Part shown: positions 51,510 to 60,051 of the stretch, piece after piece
Numbering within the stretch: position 1 is the stretch's first letter
Layout of the letters: the number at the start of each line of letters is the position of its first letter
Virus record (IMG/VR): IMGVR_UViG_3300005253_000050
Location: 1 to 64,000 of that record
Reading direction: 5' to 3' (one strand)
Origin: a virus
DNA length: 64,000 nt
The notes under the pieces: generated by a model
What the model saw: the letters and a program-made list of their open reading frames with translations, nothing else
The model's database searches: none
What the model was told of the DNA's origin: nothing
Made by a program: the position numbers and the translations under genes

Positions 51510-53169
51510 TATTTCCCTGCCGACCGTCCCCCCGCCCCAGCTCGCGGACGCCAAGAAGCTGAAAGAGCAGCACGTCGAGGCGGCGCGGGAGGACATCAAC
51601 GCCTTCATCGAGTACGTCTTCGAGCACTACGACAAGAACACGAAAAAGACACGGCCGTTTGTCCAGGGGTGGATGCATAAGCAGTGGCAGGCACTGATGT
51701 CTAACCACTCGAGATTGTTGATAATTGCGCCGAGGAGCCACGGGAAAACCTCGCAATGTATCGCCCGGGCCCTCTACGAGCTCGGTCGCGATCCCAACCA
51801 CCTGATCAAAATCATTTCGCAGAGTGATGCCAAGGCCGTCAAGCGCCTCTCGATGATCCGCGCGCATATGAAGGACAACAAGCGGCTGCACGACGTGTTC
51901 CCGCACCTGAAGCTCGACGAGCTCACCGAGGCCAACAAGCACCAGGTCACCGTGAAGAGATCCGCGCGGATGGCCGACCCGTCCATCGAGGCCCTCGGAA
52001 TCACGAGCAGCGCCTCCGGCGACCGAGCCACGATCCTCCTGGCCGACGACGTGGTGGACCGGCGCAACTCGATCACATTGCCGAAAGTTCGCCAGCAGAT
52101 CAAGGACGCCTGGGACGACTGGGTCAACTTATTGGGAGGCGACGGCGGACAGATTTGGTACATCGCCACCCTCTGGCACCAGGCCGCGCTGACCCACGAC
52201 CTCATGGCCAATCCCGAGTGGGCGGTGGCGTGGTACGAGATTACTAAGGCGATGGGGTGCTACGTCAAGATCCCCGACGGGCGCGAGCACAAGGCCGACT
52301 ATCCGCTCTGGGGGTGGGATCCACAGTGCAAGGTGCACCCGAGCCCCGATGAGTCCGTCCCGGTCGAACCGCCCCCCGAGCCAGCGATGAACAGCGTGAC
52401 GTGCCACTGCGGCCCGTGGACGACGCGCAAGCTGCAGCGTCGCCGCCGCGAGCTGGGCCCGCGGAAGTTCGCCCGCGGGTTTTCCAACCGGCCGATGTCT
52501 GAGGGCGAGTTGAAGATCGACCCTGACTGGATTCGTACCTACACCGAAGAGCCAGGCGACGACTGGTTCTGGTACGTCAGCCTCGACACCGCGGAATCCC
52601 AGGGCCAGCAGGCCGCTTGGACGGGGGTCGTGATTGCGGCAGTGAACCCGGCGAACGGGCACCTGAGAATTTGGGACGCGTTCCACGTCAAGATGAAGTT
52701 TCCCGACCGAGTGAAGCTGGTGATCGATCTCTACAACGAGCACCTTCCGGAGCTGGTCATAATCGAGCGCGCCGGCGGCGGCATCTCGTTGTCGGAGCAT
52801 CTCATCGAAAACACCTCGATCCCGATCTTCGGGATGCCGACGAAGACCAAAGGCGGCCACTCGAAAGATGAGCGCCTGGAGTCGACCACGCCCAGGTTGG
52901 CCAACGGGCAGATCACATTCGCCCCCGAGCTGGATCCCACGGAGGGCCTCGTCGGCCTCGACCGCGGCGACCTGCTCTCGGAGCTGCTCGAGTGGGGATC
53001 CTACCCCACGAAGGACATCGCGGACGCGTTCGCGCATTTGGCGCGCTACTGTGCTATCAAACACCCATGCGCGTGGGACGAGGGCCCCGACGGAGTGCAC
53101 GCCGGGATGAGCCTGGCGAGCCGGCGGGCGCGCGATGACGACTGCATGACCGTTACCCTGATTGGCTGA
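51469..53169 (+). CDS. terL: terminase large subunit
   Basis: APRSHGKT Walker A, LLADDVV Walker B, IATLWH, nuclease SLDTA...IIE...DIADA. Confidence 0.92.
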   Translation: MPRPRSKTPRGHADISLPTVPPPQLADAKKLKEQHVEAAREDINAFIEYVFEHYDKNTKKTRPFVQGWMHKQWQALMSNHSRLLIIAPRSHGKTSQCIARALYELGRDPNHLIKIISQSDAKAVKRLSMIRAHMKDNKRLHDVFPHLKLDELTEANKHQVTVKRSARMADPSIEALGITSSASGDRATILLADDVVDRRNSITLPKVRQQIKDAWDDWVNLLGGDGGQIWYIATLWHQAALTHDLMANPEWAVAWYEITKAMGCYVKIPDGREHKADYPLWGWDPQCKVHPSPDESVPVEPPPEPAMNSVTCHCGPWTTRKLQRRRRELGPRKFARGFSNRPMSEGELKIDPDWIRTYTEEPGDDWFWYVSLDTAESQGQQAAWTGVVIAAVNPANGHLRIWDAFHVKMKFPDRVKLVIDLYNEHLPELVIIERAGGGISLSEHLIENTSIPIFGMPTKTKGGHSKDERLESTTPRLANGQITFAPELDPTEGLVGLDRGDLLSELLEWGSYPTKDIADAFAHLARYCAIKHPCAWDEGPDGVHAGMSLASRRARDDDCMTVTLIG

Positions 53170-53172
53170 ACA

Positions 53173-53508
53173 ATGAACCCCTGGATCCCCATTGCCGTCT
53201 CCATCTCCTCCTCTGTCATCATGGCGCTGATCGGCTTCATCGTGAAACGAGAACTGGGTCGCGTCGCATCCGACACTGCCGATCTCAAGAAGGCCAACGC
53301 GGCCGAGGCGAAGGAGCGGAAGGAGGCGTTGGAAAAGATGGCGGCCGACACCAAGGCCTTCACGCAGGCCTGCGACGACAAATACCTGAGCAAGGAGCTC
53401 TTTAACAGCCTGGAGGTATCTCGCAAAGAAGTTGACCAACTTCGGCGCGAGGCCGACGGGCGACTGGAGGGCCTGATTAAAGACCTCATTTCAAGGCACG
53501 GAGGGTAA
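53173..53508 (+). CDS. membrane-anchored coiled-coil protein
   Basis: N-terminal TM helix. Confidence 0.6.
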   Translation: MNPWIPIAVSISSSVIMALIGFIVKRELGRVASDTADLKKANAAEAKERKEALEKMAADTKAFTQACDDKYLSKELFNSLEVSRKEVDQLRREADGRLEGLIKDLISRHGG

Positions 53509-53509
53509 G

Positions 53510-53995
53510 GTGGAGCACAGCGTGACAGGAAAGATAAACCTCCTGGCGACCATAGCGCCGTCGTCGGTGAGGGAGATCAGGGCGACCAGACGGATGAACC
53601 AGCTGAAGGGCCAGGCGAGCGATACGCTCGAGGGGCTGCTCCGGCCGCTGGTGCTGGTGGTGGACGACGACAAGGAGTTCCGCGGCATCCTTCATGCCCA
53701 CCTCCAGGCATCGGAGCTATGCAGGGCGGTGGCGGTCGCGTCGGCGACAGAGGCGCTGGGCGTGCTCACGCGCGACCCGGTGCAGCTGGTGGTGACCGAC
53801 TTCCACATGCCGGTGATGGATGGGGTGGCGCTCCTGCGCGTGGTCAAGAAACGGTGGCCGGGGGTGATCCGGGTGCTGATGTCTGGGAGTCACGCCTCGG
53901 CGGTCCCAAGGAACGAGCTGATGGCGAAGTTCCTCCGGAAGCACGAGAGCCTGATGGTGATGACGGACGCCTTGCTAGGGCTGATCCCGATCTGA
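53510..53995 (+). CDS. response-regulator receiver domain protein
   Basis: VLVVDDD, VVTDFHMPVMDG, LMSG, FLRK. Confidence 0.88.
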   Translation: MEHSVTGKINLLATIAPSSVREIRATRRMNQLKGQASDTLEGLLRPLVLVVDDDKEFRGILHAHLQASELCRAVAVASATEALGVLTRDPVQLVVTDFHMPVMDGVALLRVVKKRWPGVIRVLMSGSHASAVPRNELMAKFLRKHESLMVMTDALLGLIPI

Positions 53996-56322
53996 CCCGA
54001 CGTCCAGCGCATCCATCATGGCATTGAGTCGGGTTTCGCAGCCCGGGCAGTAGCCGTGAGAAATTCCGGGCCCGCTGTGTTCTGCGGTCGGGCCGATAGA
54101 GCCTCCGCACTCCGCGCAGAGCCTCGCGCCTATGAAGTGGCCCACCACCAGCTCGAGGTAGGCGCGGCAGCGCGCGGTGTCTCCTATGGCGCACATCTGC
54201 CCCGCGTGCACGTGCACGGCCGCGCGTAGAACTCTGAGCCGGTCCATCTCCGCCTCGGGCACGTCGGCGAGCTCGTCTTGAATCCACTCCATCATCCGCG
54301 GGTCGAGATTGAAGTCGAAGGTGAAGCCCGTCTTGGGGTCCTTGGATTTCATCGTCCTGCCTCCTGCGTTGTGGTGTCGATTATATTCTCGGGATCAGTT
54401 GCTCCACGCTTGCGCAACTCGGATCTGCACCATTTGACCACCTCGGCTTGGGTGTCGAATTCTGGGCTCAAGTCACGCATGCCGAATCGGTTGGTTTCGT
54501 CCATGTAGATCACACCGATCCAGCAGTCGACGTTTTCCAGGGTGCATTTTTGGGCGTTGTGAAATTTGGCGATCATCGTCCTGCCTCCTGTGGTTCCCGC
54601 CGTTGCTTTGATGCTACGCCCGTGGCGCGGCGGGATATTGCTACGCCTGCCAGGAACCGTACCACGTGCCGCTGCCCCCGTGCACCGTGTCAGCGACTCC
54701 CCATCGTGCGCCGCCGTCTCTGGTGGACTCATGCTCGGCAATGTCGATCAATAGGCCCATATCGCCATCAAGCACATCGTCTGCAATGTCTGCGGCCGAC
54801 ATGCGACCGTGCTCCTGCAAATACGCATTGACGCGGTTGGTCGGGCGCTTGGCGGCCGCCTCTGCAAGGGCGGGAAACGAAAAGGACTCGGTCGGCCTGA
54901 TAGTATTGGCGGTCATGATGCTTGCTCCGTTGTTTGTTGTTGCGTCCATGATTATTTATTACACATTATGCGAAGTATGCAAGGGCTTAATCGCATAAAG
55001 TGCGATTAATATCAGGCCCCACCACAAAAGATCCAAGATAACGGCATCTTGCAACCGAAGAAAAAAACGATCAGCTCGCGCGAAACACCCGAATCATCTC
55101 GGCAATCCCGAGCAGAGCAGGCGCCTGCGGGCCCTTGGCGGGTTTGTCTTTGGCACCGTAAGCCAGCGCCGCCAGGCGCTGGAGCACCGCCGGCCGTACC
55201 CAGAGGAATTGTGTGCGCGCGCCGGCGGTGTCCGCTGGCCACCCCTTGGCAATGGCGGCCAGCGCCGCCTCATCGCCGTCCAGGGCGGCCGCCAGCAGGT
55301 CGGTGGGGCGACGCGCCCGGGTGACCCACCGAGCCTCGTCAAGCGCCGCTGCGCATGCTTCGGTCAGTGAGATTCTAGACATCGCTTTTTCTCCCCGCGG
55401 CCGCAGCCGCGTTTTTGAGGCAGTCCATAGCCTGCTCGGCCCATTCTCTGCCTCGCTTTATTCGTCGCTGGTCACGGTTGAGGTATCTGACCACCACCAC
55501 CGCCGCCTCGTAGGCCCTCCGCCATCCGTCCGCGTCGCGAGCTCGGCGATAGGCCTGGTTGGCGTCGTCGCAAAGGAATGTCTCGGCGTCCCCGGTTCGG
55601 CGGTCGATGCAGTCGTTCATGAGGTGCTCCCGCTGTTGTATTCACGCAGCGCCGCTGAGATGCTGGCGGCGTCCGAGCCCTCGGTGTGACACACGGAGCA
55701 GCTGATCCACCAGACATTTCGCTTGTCAGACAGCTTGCGTGTTCCGCAGGTCAAGTCCTGAGATCCACAGTCGGGGCAGTGATACTGGGACGCCTGCAGC
55801 CCATCAAACAGCCTGTCGGCCGCGATGTCCCGGCCCTCGGCCGCCCGACCCCACTGGGCGTTTGCGGTGGTGACTCGCGCCCTTGAGCTACCAGGGGACA
55901 ACTCGGATCGTCGCTGGGCGGCCTTGCTCGAGCCGACCACTGCCTGGTGATATTCCCGGAGCAGTGAAATGATCTGTGAAGCTGGCATGGGGCTCTCCTT
56001 GTTTTTCGTGATCCCGCGCCCCGAGGGGCTAGTTGGTCTTCTTGATCCACCCAGCGACCGTGCCCTTGACCCGGCCGGTGGCGATGCGGTGGCGGACCTG
56101 GCCGTCAAGGCTGGCCCACATGGTGACCTGGTCGCAGCGGCCGGTGTTGAGGTCCATGGGGCCGGCTGTCATTCCGTCGGGGCGCGTGACGTGGACGTGC
56201 GAACCGATGTGAGCCAGGGCGGCGCCCAGGTCGGCGGTGTGAATCGTGGTGCTGGTCAGGCTGTTGTGGGCGGTGTAGTTGGTCATGTTGCGCTCCGTCG
56301 TGTTATTTGTCGTTGCGTCCAT
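53975..56322 (-). CDS. inverted island of seven small genes (53975-54352, 54349-54576, 54641-54949, 55071-55382, 55375-55620, 55617-55988, 56029-56322)
   Basis: RBSs and overlaps on the minus strand; 55617-55988 has a Lar-like CPDCG...ISCSVC..G...AL..YN. Confidence 0.65.
54914..55005 (-). promoter_or_regulatory. promoter-leader cassette, copy 2, with TCGCA-N5-TGCGA palindrome
   Basis: 27-bp (54940-54966) and 14-bp (54969-54982) blocks identical to copy 3. Confidence 0.75.
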
Positions 56323-56378
56323 GATTATTTATTACACATCCTGCGAAGTATGCAACCCCTTAATCGCACTTTGTGCGA
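56284..56378 (-). promoter_or_regulatory. promoter-leader cassette, copy 3, with TCGCA-N5-TGCGA palindrome
   Basis: Blocks 56313-56339 and 56342-56355; palindrome 56364-56378. Confidence 0.75.
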
Positions 56379-56534
56379 TATTTCTTCGACGAGCCCGAAC
56401 TTCTTCAAAGGAAACGCGGCGATTGACGCAGAGAAAAAAAAGAAGATAATAGGAACTGCGCCCGAAACTCACCCGCTCCCGCCGCTGAATGCGCGCGAAA
56501 AAGCCACGGCGCCCCAAACCGGAGGCCCGCATCA

Positions 56535-58337
56535 ATGGCCGCTCAGACGCCCGCACCGCCCGAATCAACAGAACTCACCGTGACGGTGATCAAGGCCGCC
56601 CCGAAGATCGATGTTGACTTCGGTCGGGCCCGGGAGGACGCCGACGAGGTGCAATGGGGACTGAGTTTCCCGCTCCCGCGTCCCTTAGATGTAGATAAAC
56701 TCCTGCTGCTCTTCTCGGTTTCGGATACGCTCCAGCAATGCGTCGACGCAATGGTGTCAAATATTGACGCCAGGGGATGGGCTCCCGAGCCTGTCCTGGA
56801 CCTCGATGCAGACGATGCCGCGGAGCAGGTAGCGACGGCGATGTATCTGGAGCGCCGGTCTCGATCCCCGGCCGCCTCAATGCCGACAGCAGAGGAGGTG
56901 GAGGAGACGCTGAAGGAGTGGCGGCGCGAGGCCCGTCTGGAGAAGGCGCTGCTCAAGCTGCGCGTCAAGGCCCTGTGCTACGAGAGCTCTTTCTCGGAGC
57001 TCCGCCAGCAGAAGCGTCGAGACCGAGAGGTGATCGGGTGGGGGGCCTGGGAAATAATCCGCAGCGACAGCGGCGATATCGTCCGCGCGAAGCACGTCCC
57101 GTCGCGCACACTCTGGCTGACTACGATCGATGACGAGGTCACCGCGACGCCGGCCTGGCTCCCGACGAGCGATGTCAGCCGCGAGGCCGTTATCGTCGAC
57201 CGGCGCTTCCGGCGGGTGATCCAGATCGACAGCGCTGGCGCCTATACCTATTTCAAGTGGTTCGGTGATCCGCGGATCATCTCGGCCAAAAGCGGGAAGC
57301 CCTACGACTCTGAGAAGGACCTCCTCGAGGCTGATGGAGAAGACCACGAGGCCGGCGAGGTCAAGGGTGAGCCCCCGAAGCCGGCGACGGAGATCTTGTG
57401 GTTCGGGACGTACTACCCGGAGGGCGCCTACCCGCAGCCACGGTGGCACGGGCTGATCCCGAACATCGTCGGCAGCCGCGAGGCGTCAGAGGACAACGCC
57501 CGGTACCTGTCGAACTCCGCCATCCCCCAGGGGCTGCTCCTGGTCTCGGACGGGCGGGTCGGCCCCTCGTCGAAGGGCAGCCTGTCGACGTTCTTCGAAT
57601 CGAACGAGGGGAATGCGCGGCAGAAGATCGCCGTGGTGGAGGCCACCACCCCGCGCGAAAACGCGATCCTTCCTGGGTCCGGCCGCGTGCAGCTCGAGTG
57701 GGTGTCGCTGCGGCAGGCCCAGCAGGACGACCTCACCTTCAGCCAGTACATCATGATGACCTCCGACCAGGTGGGCGAGGCCTTCCGCCTGCCGTCGCTG
57801 CTGCGCGGCCGGGTGAAGGACCTGAATAAAGCCAACGCCGTCGCCGTGCTGGAGTTCGCCGAAGACCAGGTGTTCGCCCCGGAGCGCCAGTCCTTCGACG
57901 ACCTCATCAATGACACCCTGGTCGCCAACTGGGGGATCCGGTTCTGGCGCTTCAAGTCCCTCGGCTCTCGCAAGCGGGATCCGGAGTCCATCGCCAAAAT
58001 CGCCGAGGCGTTCCTCCGCGCCGGCGTGGTCACCCCCGCCGAGCTGCGGGATCTTGCCGAGCAGCTGCTGGGTGTCGACCTCCCGAGCTCGGCCAGCGAC
58101 TGGCAGCACATCACTCAGCTGATGGTCACCGCCGGCCACATCCCCCCCTCGGCCAAGCCGCCGGAAACGGTGAGCCAGCCAGTCGGGCCGCCGGCGGATC
58201 CGGATGAATTGCAGGAGCCGCCGACCGGGTCCGCCGAGGACATCGCGAAACGGATCCTCAAGATGGAGGCCTTCCTTGCCACTGCCCGCCAGGCGGAGGC
58301 GATGGCCACGATGCCGGAGCCCGATGGAACTTCTTGA
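56535..58337 (+). CDS. phage portal protein
   Basis: GWGAWEIIR, HVPSRT, YPQPRW, AFRLP..L, VVTPAELR; lies between TerL and MuF. Confidence 0.88.
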   Translation: MAAQTPAPPESTELTVTVIKAAPKIDVDFGRAREDADEVQWGLSFPLPRPLDVDKLLLLFSVSDTLQQCVDAMVSNIDARGWAPEPVLDLDADDAAEQVATAMYLERRSRSPAASMPTAEEVEETLKEWRREARLEKALLKLRVKALCYESSFSELRQQKRRDREVIGWGAWEIIRSDSGDIVRAKHVPSRTLWLTTIDDEVTATPAWLPTSDVSREAVIVDRRFRRVIQIDSAGAYTYFKWFGDPRIISAKSGKPYDSEKDLLEADGEDHEAGEVKGEPPKPATEILWFGTYYPEGAYPQPRWHGLIPNIVGSREASEDNARYLSNSAIPQGLLLVSDGRVGPSSKGSLSTFFESNEGNARQKIAVVEATTPRENAILPGSGRVQLEWVSLRQAQQDDLTFSQYIMMTSDQVGEAFRLPSLLRGRVKDLNKANAVAVLEFAEDQVFAPERQSFDDLINDTLVANWGIRFWRFKSLGSRKRDPESIAKIAEAFLRAGVVTPAELRDLAEQLLGVDLPSSASDWQHITQLMVTAGHIPPSAKPPETVSQPVGPPADPDELQEPPTGSAEDIAKRILKMEAFLATARQAEAMATMPEPDGTS

Positions 58338-59694
58338 GCTCCCCAGCCGCGAGGTGCTGGTGCAGCGAGGGCCAAGCGTTGGCTTCGTCGGCCCGTCCAT
58401 GGCCCGCGTCCGCATCCCCAAGGCATCCCAGGCCCAGGGTTACGTGCTGCTCCACCGCGGCGCTCACGGCGCCTGGCAGACGTTCCGCCTGACGTCGCGG
58501 AAGGAGACAGCCGCCAGGAAGCGGGCCGCCCGGGTGGCGCGGCTCATTGGCCGAAAGATTATTCTCGGTGAGCTCGTCCAGGTGGCCGGGGAGACGCAGG
58601 TGATCCGATCCATCGCCACCTACGAAACGATGTCCAAGGCCGAGCTATTCGCCCGAGCTGCAGCTGCGGCCGGCGAGGTGGCGGACATCTACAAGGCCAA
58701 GGATCCGGACCCGTACAACCCCCGGCAGTTCGACAAGATGACGGACGCCCTCGCGCGCGACCTTAACAGGGTGGCCAAGCCGGCGTTTGTAGCCACGGTC
58801 GAGAAGGCCGTGACGTCGTCCAAGATCGACTGGGCCACGGCCACCGAGAAGCAGATGGAGGCCTTCAGCAAAAAGCTCGCCGCAACTCTTGGCGTCTCTG
58901 CCGCTGCGGTCTGGAAATCGATCCGCCCCACGGTGGTTGACTCCTCCGTGACGATGGCCACCGAATCCCGCGCAGCCTTCGTGAAATCGAACAATCTCAC
59001 GGTGGACAGGGTCATCTCGCTCCAGGACAAGGCGGCCGTGACCAGGTCGGCGATGACGAACGCGCACTACGTGCGAGAGTTCGCGACCGGGCAGATGAGC
59101 CCGAGCCTGAGTTCGCAGGCCCGGGTGATCGTCCAGTCTGGAATTAGCAAAGGCGAGAGTTCCCGGATGATCGGGAAGGAGCTCCACCGGGTTCTCGGCC
59201 GGGCGGCCGGCGGCCAGACCGAGGCCTACTTCCGAATGGCTGCGAGCGCGATCAACGCCAGGTCCCGGGAGTTCTCGTCGTTGCGATCCATGCAGGACGC
59301 GGGGATCGATAAATACGAATGGAGCTCGGTGCTCGATGAGATGACCACGGAGACCTGCCGCTTCCTCGACGGCCAGGTATTCTCTGTTCAGGGCGCACTC
59401 GACCGATACAAAGCCGCCGACGCTCTAGAAGACCCCACAGACATCAAATACGAGATGCCGTGGTTCTATGACAAGCCGATCCGCGGCGGCGAGCACGACG
59501 GCAAGATGGGAATCTTTATGAACCAGCGCGGGGGGATGCAGCGTGTCGCTGTGGTTGAAAAAGGTGGCTTCGGGAAACGGGACGCGATCGGCACCTACTC
59601 CAACACCAAAAGCTCAAAGGCGTTGGAGGGAATGGGGATGCCTGCATGTCCAGGGCACAGTTTGTGACGCAGCACTACCATCCCGGTAGATTAA
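58324..59694 (+). CDS. MuF / SPP1 gp7-like minor head protein, ending at TGA 59667 or reading through to TAA 59694
   Basis: GIDKYEWSSVLDEMTTETCRFLDG; C-terminal PGHSL-TGA-RSTTIPVD matches HxxCRS; start codon uncertain. Confidence 0.85.
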
Positions 59695-59712
59695 CCGGGA
59701 CAGAGGAAGACG

Positions 59713-60051
59713 ATGAGCAACATAATCCAGCCCGGACTCTCGCACCTGATCAGCACCATGGATCTCGCCCGCATCGAGGACGCTGTCCACAAGGCGGTGA
59801 TGCGCTCGGCCGAACTGCGTGGACAAAAGATGTACACCGAGGGCAAGATCTCGCACAGCGAGTACGACCGCCGCGCGAAGTACTGCATCGAGCTCGCGCT
59901 GCGCTGGCGCAAGGAGCGTCGGTTCGCGCTCGAGCAAATCGGCGACGCGCTCAAGACCGCCCTGATCAGCTGGATCGACGGCGATGAATACGAGCCCCGC
60001 GACGGAATGTGGGCCGACCCCGACCAGAACAACCCGGCAGGTACATTATGA
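59713..60051 (+). CDS. hypothetical head-module protein
   Basis: GAGG RBS; ATGA coupling to the next gene. Confidence 0.7.
   Translation: MSNIIQPGLSHLISTMDLARIEDAVHKAVMRSAELRGQKMYTEGKISHSEYDRRAKYCIELALRWRKERRFALEQIGDALKTALISWIDGDEYEPRDGMWADPDQNNPAGTL

Noticed and set aside
59681-59700. Intrinsic terminator reading of the post-UGA hairpin
   Set aside because: No U-tract, and it lies mid-operon 12 nt before the next start; it is kept as SECIS-like, though an RNA-stability role is not excluded
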